64,000 nucleotides of DNA from Pelagibacterales bacterium SAG-MED49. Lineage in GTDB: Bacteria > Pseudomonadota > Alphaproteobacteria > Pelagibacterales > Pelagibacteraceae. Made by a program: the position numbers and the translations under genes. The DNA is taken from positions 40,997 through 104,996 of the forward strand of contig JACWEQ010000004.1 in the NCBI GenBank assembly GCA_014653365.1. The letters are read 5' to 3'. Shown in pieces: positions 1-9,838 of the stretch. Position 1 is the stretch's first letter; the number at the start of each line of letters is the position of its first letter. The notes under the pieces are model-generated. The model was not told the DNA's origin. It saw nothing but the letters and a program-made list of their open reading frames with translations, and did no database searches.

Positions 1-2
1 AA

Positions 3-968
3 CCAGATTTAAGAACGCCAGATGAGGTAAGTGCTTATATCAAAAAACTAAGATCTATAATGAGATATTTGGATACTTGTGATGGTAATATGCAAGAAGG
101 CTCCTTAAGAGCAGATGTTAATGTCTCAGTAAGATTAAAAGATTCTAAAAAACTTGGAACACGTTGTGAGATTAAAAATGTTAATTCTATTAAATTTATG
201 CAGATGGCTATTAATTATGAAGCTAATAGGCAGGTCGATTTAATTGAAGAGGGAAAATCAATTGACCAAGAAACAAGATTATTTGATACAAAAAAAAATG
301 AAACAAGATCAATGAGATCTAAAGAAGACGCACATGACTATAGATATTTTCCAGACCCTGATTTATTACCATTAGAAGTTACTGATGAGTTTGTTGAAAA
401 ACTTAAAGCAGATATCCCAGAATTACCTGATGATAAAAAGAAAAGATTTATAGATGAATTTAAAGTGTCTGCTTATGAGGCCACAATTTTAGTATCCGAT
501 ATTGAAACTGCTAAATATTTTGAAGAAGTAGTTGCAAAAATGGGCAAGAACCGTGATATGAAATTAGCTGTTAACTGGATAACCGGGGAGCTATTTGCTG
601 TTTTAAATAATAAAAATTTAGAAATATCTCAAAGTCCAATAAGTGCAAAAAACTTAGCTAAGTTAATTAATTTGATTAAGAATGGAACAATTTCTGGAAA
701 AATAGCTAAAACAATATTTGAATTAATGATGGATGGAGACAAAGATCCTCAAATCATTGTTGAAGAAAAAGGTTTAAAACAACAAAGTGATCCAAAAGCA
801 TTAGAGGCTTTAATAGATAAAATTATTGATGATAATAGAGAAAAGGCCATTGAATATAAAAATGGTAAAGAAAAACTATTTGGTTTTTTTGTTGGTCAAG
901 CTATGAAGGTTTCTGGTGGTAAGGCTAACCCTCAATTAATCAATGAAATATTAAAGAAAAAGCTTTAA
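3..968 (+). CDS. gatB: Asp/Glu-tRNA amidotransferase subunit B (5' end outside window)
   Basis: Motifs GNMQEGSLRADVNVS, RCEIKN, RSKEDAHDYRYFPDPDL and C-terminal YqeY-like domain; frame open from position 3. Confidence 0.97.
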   Translation, partial: PDLRTPDEVSAYIKKLRSIMRYLDTCDGNMQEGSLRADVNVSVRLKDSKKLGTRCEIKNVNSIKFMQMAINYEANRQVDLIEEGKSIDQETRLFDTKKNETRSMRSKEDAHDYRYFPDPDLLPLEVTDEFVEKLKADIPELPDDKKKRFIDEFKVSAYEATILVSDIETAKYFEEVVAKMGKNRDMKLAVNWITGELFAVLNNKNLEISQSPISAKNLAKLINLIKNGTISGKIAKTIFELMMDGDKDPQIIVEEKGLKQQSDPKALEALIDKIIDDNREKAIEYKNGKEKLFGFFVGQAMKVSGGKANPQLINEILKKKL

Positions 969-1006
969 TACCTATAAACTGGTAGACACAAAGGACTTAA
1001 AAACCA

Positions 1007-1657
1007 ATGGGTAGGAATTTAGAAATTACTGATAAACTTCAAACTTATATAGATAATTTTAGCCAATCACTTCATCCAATACAGCAAGAAATTATTAGCT
1101 ATAATAATACCTTAGGTGATATTAAAAGAATGCAAATTGATCCTTCGCAGTGTCACTTTCTTCATTTAATTATCAAAATATCTAACATTAAAAAAGTATT
1201 GGAAATTGGAACATTTACAGGTTTAAGTGCACTCTCTATTGCTCTTGCATTACCAGATGATGGTAAATTAATTGCATTAGATAAGAACGAAGAAACAAAT
1301 AAAATAGCCTTAGATTTTTTTAAAAAAGCTAATCAATTACATAAAATTGAAACTATTATAAAGCCTGCTCTTGAAAGTTTAGATGACTTAACTTCAGATA
1401 AATTTGATATGATTTTTATTGATGCAGATAAGATGAATTATAAAGAATATTATGAGAGATCTTTAAAATTAATCAATAAAGGTGGATTGATCATCATCGA
1501 CAATGTTTTGTGGCACGGTGAAGTTGCTGATGAAAATAATATTGATAAATTTACTATTAATATTAGAGAATTTAATGATCATGTGTCAAATGACAAAAGA
1601 GTAGAGCAGATAATTATTCCTTTTGGTGATGGCATGACTGTTTGTAGAGTTTTGTAA
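1007..1657 (+). CDS. Class I SAM-dependent O-methyltransferase (caffeoyl-CoA OMT / TrmR-YrrM family)
   Basis: VLEIGTFTGLS, FIDADK, IIIDNVLWHG motifs. Confidence 0.9.
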   Translation: MGRNLEITDKLQTYIDNFSQSLHPIQQEIISYNNTLGDIKRMQIDPSQCHFLHLIIKISNIKKVLEIGTFTGLSALSIALALPDDGKLIALDKNEETNKIALDFFKKANQLHKIETIIKPALESLDDLTSDKFDMIFIDADKMNYKEYYERSLKLINKGGLIIIDNVLWHGEVADENNIDKFTINIREFNDHVSNDKRVEQIIIPFGDGMTVCRVL

Positions 1658-2565
1658 TGTTTGAGGTTTTTGGTTTCTATAAATTTAAAAAACTTATTTC
1701 TTTTAAGAAAAATAAACTTTTAATTCAAGATTTTTTAATTAAAAAAGGTATCAGAGGAACTGTCATTATCGCTAAAGAGGGATTGAACGGAACGATATCT
1801 GGTAAAACCAAAGATATTAGAGATGCTATTAATAAAATAAAAAAGATATTTTCTATTAAAGAATTTGATAATAGTAATATTTCTAAAAGTAAATTTCAAC
1901 CCTTTCACAAACCTAAAGTAAAAGTTAAAAAAGAAGTAGTTCCGATGAATTTAATTCTAAATTCTAAAGAAAGAAATTTTGATACACATTTAGATCCAAA
2001 GGAATGGAATAAATTAATTAAAAAAAAAGATACTCATATAATAGATACAAGGAAACCTTTTGAGTTTAATGTCGGGACTTTTAAAAAATCAGTTAACCCA
2101 GATGTTAACAATTTTAGAGATTTTCCAAAATATCTAAATAAACTTAAAAAAGATAAGCCCGTAGCTATGTTTTGCACTGGAGGAATTAGATGTGAAAAAA
2201 CTTCTGTTTATCTAAAGAAAAAAGGATTTAAAAATATCTACCAATTGAATGGTGGCATCTTAAATTATCTAAAAAAAACTAAGGAAAAAGATAGTTTGTG
2301 GAAAGGTGAATGTTTTGTTTTTGATAATAGAATCAGTCTTAAACATGAGTTAAAAGTAGGAAGTTACTTTATGTGTAGTGGTTGTAGAAAGCCAATTTCA
2401 CCAAAAGATAAAAAATCTAAAAAATATGAAGAAGGTGTTTCTTGCCCAAATTGTCACGATAATTTAACCGATACTCAAAAAGCCAGATTTAGAATGAGGC
2501 AAAAACAAATTAATCTTGCTAAAAAGAGTGGATCAAAGCATATATTCCAGAAAGAATTTAAATAG
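1657..2565 (+). CDS. trhO: tRNA U34 hydroxylase TrhO (YceA/UPF0176 rhodanese-domain protein)
   Basis: FYKF, EGLNGT, FCTGGIRCEK, LNGGILNY, GECFVFDNR, C-terminal Cys cluster. Confidence 0.9.
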   Translation: MFEVFGFYKFKKLISFKKNKLLIQDFLIKKGIRGTVIIAKEGLNGTISGKTKDIRDAINKIKKIFSIKEFDNSNISKSKFQPFHKPKVKVKKEVVPMNLILNSKERNFDTHLDPKEWNKLIKKKDTHIIDTRKPFEFNVGTFKKSVNPDVNNFRDFPKYLNKLKKDKPVAMFCTGGIRCEKTSVYLKKKGFKNIYQLNGGILNYLKKTKEKDSLWKGECFVFDNRISLKHELKVGSYFMCSGCRKPISPKDKKSKKYEEGVSCPNCHDNLTDTQKARFRMRQKQINLAKKSGSKHIFQKEFK

Positions 2566-2572
2566 AAATATA

Positions 2573-3943
2573 TTGTCCAAACAAATAAATTTAATAAAAG
2601 ATCCTATTTGGGAACTACTGAGAAAAGTAACTATACCTGCTAGTGTAGGTTCATTATTTCAAACCTTTTATAACTTAGTTGATACTTGGTTTGCAGGTAG
2701 AATTTCTGCAGAAGCCATAGGAGCTATTGCTAAATCTTTTCCGATATATTTTACTATTATAGCTGTTGGTGTTGGTATAGGTGCCGCTACAAATGCGATG
2801 ATCGGTAATTCAATAGGTGAAAAAAAACATCGTGTAGCTTCAATGTATATTGCTCAATCATTAATTTTTGCTTTAATAGTTTCAATTATAGTTACACTTT
2901 TTGGTCTAAATGCATCCAATTTTCTTTTAAGTGTTATGGGTTCTGATGCTGCAGGTATTGCATTCACACGAGAATATTTAGATATTATTTTTTTTGGAAC
3001 ATTTATAGTGATGTTACAAATATCTTTAAATGGAACATTAAACGCGCAAGGAGATACTAAAAGTTATAGAAATACATTAATATTTAGTTTTTTTTTAAAT
3101 ATTTTCTTAAATCCATTATTTATATGGGGCTATGGTATCATTCCCGCATTCGGTATTGCTGGACTTGCTATCGCCACCGTAATTTCTCAATCAATTGGAA
3201 CAATTTATTTAGCCTATAAAGTCAATCAATGTAAAATAAGAAAGTATTTGAAGCTAGTATGCTTTATTCCTAAGTTTGATTATTTAAGTCCTTTAGCGAA
3301 ACAATCTATTCCAATTATGTTTAGTATGTTGTTTATTGGAGTGGGCATATTTAATATTTTATATTTTATTGGACAATTTGGTGATTTAGCAACAGCTGGC
3401 TATGGAGCCGCTTTAAGAGTTGAACAAGTTTTCTTGTTACCAGTTATTGGTCTTAATACTGCCGTACTATCAATTGGTGGACAGAATTTTGGAGCAAAAA
3501 AATTTAATCGTATAAGAGAATTGTATACAAAGGCTCTTTTATTTGGTTCATCTTTTATGGCTGGAGCAGGAATAATATTATTTTTTGGTGCAGAGTTTTT
3601 TGTATCCCAATTTACAGATAATGCTGAAGCAATTAAACATGGTGCTATATATCTTAAAGTTGCGGCTTTTATTGGTCCTATTTATCCAATATTCTTTATT
3701 ACAACAGCAGTTTTTCAAGCTCTTAAAAAACCAATTTATAGTCTGTATTTAAGTATTCTTCGTTTAACTGCGTTTCCTTTTTTGTCTTTATGGTATGTGA
3801 TTAATATTAGAGGTGGTGATTATAATGATATATTTTATACAATAATGGCAACTAATTGGGTTATGGGTATTGCTTTAATTATTTTCATTGGATATTTTTT
3901 AAACGATGTATTTAAGCAAAAGAAAAGCCATTTTAGTTATTAG
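2573..3943 (+). CDS. MATE family efflux transporter
   Basis: YNLVDTWFAG, GQNFGAK motifs, about 12 hydrophobic segments; likely TTG start at 2573 (ORF track extends to 2516). Confidence 0.9.
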   Translation: MSKQINLIKDPIWELLRKVTIPASVGSLFQTFYNLVDTWFAGRISAEAIGAIAKSFPIYFTIIAVGVGIGAATNAMIGNSIGEKKHRVASMYIAQSLIFALIVSIIVTLFGLNASNFLLSVMGSDAAGIAFTREYLDIIFFGTFIVMLQISLNGTLNAQGDTKSYRNTLIFSFFLNIFLNPLFIWGYGIIPAFGIAGLAIATVISQSIGTIYLAYKVNQCKIRKYLKLVCFIPKFDYLSPLAKQSIPIMFSMLFIGVGIFNILYFIGQFGDLATAGYGAALRVEQVFLLPVIGLNTAVLSIGGQNFGAKKFNRIRELYTKALLFGSSFMAGAGIILFFGAEFFVSQFTDNAEAIKHGAIYLKVAAFIGPIYPIFFITTAVFQALKKPIYSLYLSILRLTAFPFLSLWYVINIRGGDYNDIFYTIMATNWVMGIALIIFIGYFLNDVFKQKKSHFSY

Positions 3944-4385
3944 TATTTCCATACTAGTATTTTTTTTTACTTATGCAGATATTAAGTCTCAAGATATAAG
4001 GATAACAGATGGAGATACCATCAAGGTAAATGGAGAGAAAATAAGATTTAGCGGCATAGATACTCCAGAATTGAAACAAACATGTATTAAACAAGGAGTT
4101 AAAAAACCATGTGGATTAATAGCCAAACAAATTCTTATAGATAAGATTGCTGACAATAATGTTATTTGCGTTAATGAGGGTAAAGATCAATATAAAAGAA
4201 CATTGGCTGAATGTTTTGTAAATGATGAAAGTTTATCAAGTTATTTAGTTAGAAGTGGTTATGCATTTGCATATAGAAAATATTCTAAAAAGTTTATAAT
4301 TGATGAAGATTATGCAAGAGTAAATAAGTTAGGGATGTGGTCTATGGAATTTGAATATCCTTGGGATTTTAGAAGAAATAATTAA
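3906..4385 (+). CDS. Thermonuclease (SNase-like) with N-terminal membrane anchor
   Basis: DGDT, IRFSGIDTPE, DQYKRTLA, GMW motifs. Confidence 0.9.
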   Translation: MYLSKRKAILVISISILVFFFTYADIKSQDIRITDGDTIKVNGEKIRFSGIDTPELKQTCIKQGVKKPCGLIAKQILIDKIADNNVICVNEGKDQYKRTLAECFVNDESLSSYLVRSGYAFAYRKYSKKFIIDEDYARVNKLGMWSMEFEYPWDFRRNN

Positions 4386-5122
4386 TTATTAGAATCTTGT
4401 TTCAATTTTCTTTCAAGTTTTCTTACAAAATATGAAACTATCAAAATTAAAACCAAATATTCCAATATCAAAAAAGTATAAATCTCTAATGGTCGATAAG
4501 TTGTAACAACTAATTCATTGGCTTTTCTGGTAAGATCAGCAATGCCAATAATAGATACTAATGATGACATCTTCAAAACATAAACAAATTGATTGCCTAG
4601 TGCTGGCAAAATATTCTTTATTGCTTGTGGTAAAATAACCAACCTTAACCTTTTAAAGAAATTTAATCCAAGTGAACTTCCAGCTTCCCATTGTGCTTTT
4701 TTAATTGAGTTAATACCAGCTCTAAAAATTTCAGCTTGAAATGCACTTTCACTAATTGCTAATGCAATAATACCTGACGTGAAAGGACTAAAACTTATTC
4801 CAGTCATAATAGGTAAACCATAATAAACCCATAAAATTAATACTAATAATGGAATAGCTCTTACTATCTCAACATAAGCTATGTTTATATACGTAAGAAA
4901 TTTATTTTTTGCTAAAGAGGGTATGGCAACAATAAATCCTAAAAACATGGAAATAATTATAGAAATGACAGATATGTATATTGTTATACCAATACCACTA
5001 AGAAGAAATTTTAAATTAGTTAATCCGTTAACTTTATTTGGCGAAAGTATATACCAAGCCCACTCATGGTCAGTACCACATGAGGTTAATAGTAAGGGTA
5101 ATAATAAAATTAGTTTTTTCAC
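4382..5122 (-). CDS. Polar amino acid ABC transporter permease (HisM/GlnP type)
   Basis: RAIPLLV, AEIFRAGI, EAA-like loop, ILPQA; GTG start. Confidence 0.92.
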   Translation of the reverse strand: MKKLILLLPLLLTSCGTDHEWAWYILSPNKVNGLTNLKFLLSGIGITIYISVISIIISMFLGFIVAIPSLAKNKFLTYINIAYVEIVRAIPLLVLILWVYYGLPIMTGISFSPFTSGIIALAISESAFQAEIFRAGINSIKKAQWEAGSSLGLNFFKRLRLVILPQAIKNILPALGNQFVYVLKMSSLVSIIGIADLTRKANELVVTTYRPLEIYTFLILEYLVLILIVSYFVRKLERKLKQDSNN

Positions 5123-5159
5123 TAATTAAATTATACCCTTAAAATTATTAATTTAAATT

Positions 5160-5927
5160 TTATAAGCTTTTAAGTTCGTATTTTTCTAGAAGTGCATCAA
5201 AGAAACCAGAAGTTTTTTTAATTTCAATCCACTGATTTATGTAATTCATCCATACTTGATCACTTTGGTCAACCATCATTGCTAATGCAGCTGGATTTTT
5301 ACCACCATCTTGTACAATAGCTAATTGTGGGTATTTAATAACAAGTTTATTAGCTTCTGTTGAACTAGTAATATGTCCATCTGCTCTTCCAGCCAAAACT
5401 TCTTGAAAATCTCTAGTAGGAGATTCAATTGATACTAATTTTGATTTAGGAAAAAATTCTTTAGCTTTAGCTTCTTGAGAGGTTCCAAGTGTAGTCGCTA
5501 TGGTGACATCACTGTTATTTAACGAGTCCCAAGTAGAAAATTTAGACAAGTTCTTCTTTAGAACTAAGGGCACTGTTCCATATTTGTAATAAGAAGTTGT
5601 AAAACCTGCAACTAGTGCTCTCTTAGCTGTTTTGGTTACACTTGTTGAGATATCATACCTATTTGAAGTAATTCCTGAAACTATAGTTTTCCATTCAGTC
5701 GGTACAAAAGTTATTTTAACTCCCATATCTTTTGCAAGTTCATTCATTACATCGATATCAAAACCTTTGTATTTGTTAGTAGCTGGATCCTTCATTGTCA
5801 TTGGATCCCAGTCTCCTGTGGTTCCAACTTTTAATTCACCAGATGATAAAATTGTATTTAATTTTGATTCAGCGTTAACTGAAAATGGTAACAATAGCAG
5901 TAAAGTAATTAATATTAGCTTTTTCAT
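5160..5927 (-). CDS. ABC substrate-binding protein, family 3 (cyclohexadienyl dehydratase-like)
   Basis: Signal peptide; [17 protein letters not shown] motifs. Confidence 0.88.
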   Translation of the reverse strand: MKKLILITLLLLLPFSVNAESKLNTILSSGELKVGTTGDWDPMTMKDPATNKYKGFDIDVMNELAKDMGVKITFVPTEWKTIVSGITSNRYDISTSVTKTAKRALVAGFTTSYYKYGTVPLVLKKNLSKFSTWDSLNNSDVTIATTLGTSQEAKAKEFFPKSKLVSIESPTRDFQEVLAGRADGHITSSTEANKLVIKYPQLAIVQDGGKNPAALAMMVDQSDQVWMNYINQWIEIKKTSGFFDALLEKYELKSL

Positions 5928-5993
5928 ATTGTAACAGTATCCTTTATTAGTTTAATTTAAAAAAACTTATATCTAAATGATCGGTAAATACCT

Positions 5994-6557
5994 TTATAAC
6001 CTTGACGCACTATCATTAATCCATGACATTAAATGTTCTGAAAAGGAGCGTCTTACAAACAAATTTACTGAATTTATTTTATTGTGATGAATTATCACAT
6101 CTATTTGTGCAAGTAATGTTTGAGTAGATGAACCTTTTTTGGATTTAAAATCATTAAAGTCAAATGGACAACCCGTACTCAATAGATCAAATATTTTTTC
6201 ACCACTTAGATTAATCATTACAAGTTGATCTGTAACATTTGTTACTGAACCTAAATTAGTCTTAGAAATCTTGTTAAATAATAATTCTTCAATTTCGTAA
6301 TCATTATTATCTTTGCTATCAATATTATTTGAGACAACCATCCACTCATCTGGTGAAAGCCATATAGCAGTATAATTTTCACTTGATGAAGATGTGTTAG
6401 CTTCTATAGGTAAAATTATATTAATATTTTTACCTATTGCAGTAAGGAAATCTCTACTTTTTCCTCTTAAATTTAATTTCATAAGTGGAGAAATTTCACC
6501 GACAGTTAAACCTGTATATTTTTTCAATTCTTTTATTGGTGATGTATAATTAAGCAT
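5994..6557 (-). CDS. soxG: Heterotetrameric sarcosine oxidase gamma subunit
   Basis: WLSPDEW, VRRSF motifs; last gene of soxBDAG. Confidence 0.9.
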   Translation of the reverse strand: MLNYTSPIKELKKYTGLTVGEISPLMKLNLRGKSRDFLTAIGKNINIILPIEANTSSSSENYTAIWLSPDEWMVVSNNIDSKDNNDYEIEELLFNKISKTNLGSVTNVTDQLVMINLSGEKIFDLLSTGCPFDFNDFKSKKGSSTQTLLAQIDVIIHHNKINSVNLFVRRSFSEHLMSWINDSASRL

Positions 6558-9500
6558 TTAATCTTTTATTCTCCTTATCTAAAAAAACAGGATCAACAAC
6601 AGTCACGTTTATTGTTTTATCTTCCATTGGAATAAATAATTTTTTACCCATCATATCTTTTCCACCTTTTACAACAGCTAATGCAATAGATTTATTTAAG
6701 TTTGGACTAAAATAGCTTGATGTTACATGTCCCAACATTTGAACAGGGTTTTGATTAAATTCAGAAACAATTTGAGCTCCTTCTTCTAAAATTGTATTAG
6801 AATCATCTGTTAATAACCCAACCATTTGTTTACGATCTTCTCGCATAGTATCTGATCTATAGAGTGATCTTTTTCCAATAAAATCATATTTCTTTTTACT
6901 AACAACCCAATCCATCTGAAGATCAATTGGTGTCATAGTTCCATCCGTATCCTGTCCAACAATAATGAAACCTTTTTCAGCTCTTAATAAATGCATTGTT
7001 TCAGTTCCGTAAGGAGTGATATTGAATTCTTTTCCAGCGTCAATGCACTGTTCCCATAATGATTTTCCATAATTTGCTTGAACATTAATTTCATAACTAA
7101 GTTCACCAGTGAAACTAATTCTCATTATTCTACAATTAATTTTTCCAATTTTTACTTTTTTAAAAGACATATGTGGAAAGTTTTCATCTGAAAGATCTAA
7201 ATTTGGAATTAATTTATTTAATATCTTTTTACTATTAGGTCCACCAATTGTAGCGGTTGCAAAATGATCTGTAACAGATGTTAAATAAACATCGAGTTCA
7301 GGCCATTCTGTTTGTAAATAATCCTCAAGTTTACTCATTACATTTGCAGCACCACCTGTCGTAGTGGTCATGATATAGTGATTTTCTCCCAATCTAGTCG
7401 TAACTCCATCATCATAAACCATTCCGTCTTCATTAAGCATTAATCCATATCTACATTTTCCAATTCCAAGTTTTGACCAAGCATTTGTATAAACTCTATT
7501 TAAAAATTCTGAAGCATCACTACCTTGAATATCAATTTTTCCAAGTGTTGAAGCATCTAGTATTCCAGCGCTCTCTCTTGTGGCTTTACTTTCCCTTTGA
7601 ACAGCTTCATGCATGCTTTCATTGCCCCTGGGGTAATACCATGCTCTTTTCCATTGACCAACATTTTCAAATTCTGCATTATTATTAATATGCCAATCAT
7701 TCATTGGCGTTCTTCTAAATATGTCAAAATATTCTCCAACATTTCTTCCAACAATAGTTCCAAATGTTAAAGGAGTGTAGGGTGGTCTAAAAGTAGTTGT
7801 TCCAACTTCTCCCATTTTTACACCTGTAGTATCAGCAATGATTCCTAATGCATGCATGTTTCCAAGCTTACCTTGGTCAGTGCCCATTCCTGTAGTGGTG
7901 TACCTTTTTACATGTTCAATTGACCTAAAACCTTCTCTAAGAGCTAATTTAATGTCTTTAGCTGTTGCATCATTTTGATAGTCTACAAATGGTTTTGTTT
8001 TACCAATGAATTTATCTGATGGAAGAAGCCAAATATTTTTTTTACTAGTTTCTTTTGTGGTCTTTACAGTAAGATTGTCATAGTCACTATTATCAATTTC
8101 AAGAAAATCTTTTAATGTATCGGACGTATTTTTTATGATTTCATCTAATTCAAAATCACCATTACAAGATCCAATACTTATTTGTTTTGATGGATATATA
8201 TTGGGAATAAATACCTGATCTTTTTCTCTAAACTTTAATTTACCACCAGACTGAGTAAACAAATGTACAGCAGGAGTCCATCCACCTGCAATTCCTAAAC
8301 AGTCACAATCAAGAACAGTTTTATTAGAATTAGCAAAAGATTGACCATCTTTAGATAACTCCATTATGGAAATTTGTTTTAATTTTTTATATCCATGTGT
8401 ATCAACAACAGTATGTGACCAATAAATTTTTATACCTAGGTCTTGAGCTTCCTTAACAATAGATGAATTAGAGTTTTCTCTAATATCAATAACACAATGA
8501 ACGTTAATTCCTTTTTTATATAATGATATTGCACTTTCATAAGCAGTATCATTATTTGTAAAGAAAATATTTTTTTTACCACAAATAACACCATAATAGT
8601 CAGCATATTTTTTAACAGCAGAAGAAAGCATTATCCCTGGTCTATCATTGTTATTAAAAACTAGTGGTCGCTCCAAAGATCCTGTTGCTATAATAACCTT
8701 TTTAGCTCTAATTTTTAACAGTCTTTGTCTAACTTTATTTACTTTTTCATCTTTACTTTGATGATCAGTTAAATTTTCTCTTGCTAGCAAATAGTTGTAA
8801 CCATGATAAGCTGCCACACTTGTTCTAGTTTTGATTTCTAAATTATCTAATTTTTTTAATTCTTCAATTTCATCATTTAACCACTCAGAAGAAATCTTAT
8901 TATCTATTTTAAAATTATCTGAGTTTTGATAAATAGTTGTTCCACCAAGTTCATTTTTTTCATCTAACAAAAGAGTATTTAAATTATTTTGAGCAGCAGA
9001 TTTAGCAGCCATAATCCCTGATATTCCAGCGCCGATAACTAAAACATCACAATGGATATATCTATGTTCATAAATATCTGTATCGGGTTTTGTTGGTGAT
9101 CTTCCAAGGCCTGCTGAATGCCTTATGGCAATTTCATATTTTTCCCAAAAACTTGCAGGCCACATAAAAGTTTTATAATAAAATCCTGCTGGTAAAAGAG
9201 GTGATAAGAAGTTGTTTATGCCACCAATATCAAAATTAACACTGGGCCAACAATTTTGGCTTTTTGCTTCTAAACCATTATATATTTCAACTTCAGTAGC
9301 TCTCACATTAGGTTCTGTTATAGCTTTATCATTTCCAACTTGAACTATTGCATTAGGTTCTTCTGATCCTGAGGTCATTATTCCTCTTGGTCTATGATAT
9401 TTGAAACTTCTTCCAACTAAATGAACGTTATTTGCTAATAGTGCTGATGCTAAAGTGTCTCCTTTAAAACCATAATAAGTTTTACCATTAAATTTAAATG

Positions 9501-9558
9501 ATATTCTTGATGTTTCATCAATAAAATTACTACTTTTAACTCTTAAATTTTGAGACAT
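6550..9558 (-). CDS. soxA: Sarcosine oxidase alpha subunit
   Basis: GDTLASALLAN, RSFKYHRPRG, KRYTTTGMGTDQGK, GcvT-like C-terminus; probable start MSQNL at 9558. Confidence 0.96.
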   Translation of the reverse strand: MSQNLRVKSSNFIDETSRISFKFNGKTYYGFKGDTLASALLANNVHLVGRSFKYHRPRGIMTSGSEEPNAIVQVGNDKAITEPNVRATEVEIYNGLEAKSQNCWPSVNFDIGGINNFLSPLLPAGFYYKTFMWPASFWEKYEIAIRHSAGLGRSPTKPDTDIYEHRYIHCDVLVIGAGISGIMAAKSAAQNNLNTLLLDEKNELGGTTIYQNSDNFKIDNKISSEWLNDEIEELKKLDNLEIKTRTSVAAYHGYNYLLARENLTDHQSKDEKVNKVRQRLLKIRAKKVIIATGSLERPLVFNNNDRPGIMLSSAVKKYADYYGVICGKKNIFFTNNDTAYESAISLYKKGINVHCVIDIRENSNSSIVKEAQDLGIKIYWSHTVVDTHGYKKLKQISIMELSKDGQSFANSNKTVLDCDCLGIAGGWTPAVHLFTQSGGKLKFREKDQVFIPNIYPSKQISIGSCNGDFELDEIIKNTSDTLKDFLEIDNSDYDNLTVKTTKETSKKNIWLLPSDKFIGKTKPFVDYQNDATAKDIKLALREGFRSIEHVKRYTTTGMGTDQGKLGNMHALGIIADTTGVKMGEVGTTTFRPPYTPLTFGTIVGRNVGEYFDIFRRTPMNDWHINNNAEFENVGQWKRAWYYPRGNESMHEAVQRESKATRESAGILDASTLGKIDIQGSDASEFLNRVYTNAWSKLGIGKCRYGLMLNEDGMVYDDGVTTRLGENHYIMTTTTGGAANVMSKLEDYLQTEWPELDVYLTSVTDHFATATIGGPNSKKILNKLIPNLDLSDENFPHMSFKKVKIGKINCRIMRISFTGELSYEINVQANYGKSLWEQCIDAGKEFNITPYGTETMHLLRAEKGFIIVGQDTDGTMTPIDLQMDWVVSKKKYDFIGKRSLYRSDTMREDRKQMVGLLTDDSNTILEEGAQIVSEFNQNPVQMLGHVTSSYFSPNLNKSIALAVVKGGKDMMGKKLFIPMEDKTINVTVVDPVFLDKENKRLNA

Positions 9559-9562
9559 CTGT

Positions 9563-9838
9563 TTATCCTTTGGGAGGTTTTTCACCCATTTTATAAATTA
9601 ACTTAATCTCATCATTTGAAGTATCTCTAATCATATTAAACCATTTTCTGCACCCGTGAGCATGGTTCCATCTTTCAAATTGTATACCTTTGATATTTTT
9701 TCTCATGAATAAATATTCTGCCCACTCATCATCACTTAATTCTGTAGGTTGTTTAGGTCTTTCTATGTGAGCTTCACCACCAGCTATAAATTCACTTTGG
9801 TCTCTTTCACCACAATATGGACAATTAATTAAAAACAT
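9563..9838 (-). CDS. soxD: Sarcosine oxidase delta subunit
   Basis: CPYCGER, HAHGCRKWF zinc motifs. Confidence 0.95.
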   Translation of the reverse strand: MFLINCPYCGERDQSEFIAGGEAHIERPKQPTELSDDEWAEYLFMRKNIKGIQFERWNHAHGCRKWFNMIRDTSNDEIKLIYKMGEKPPKG

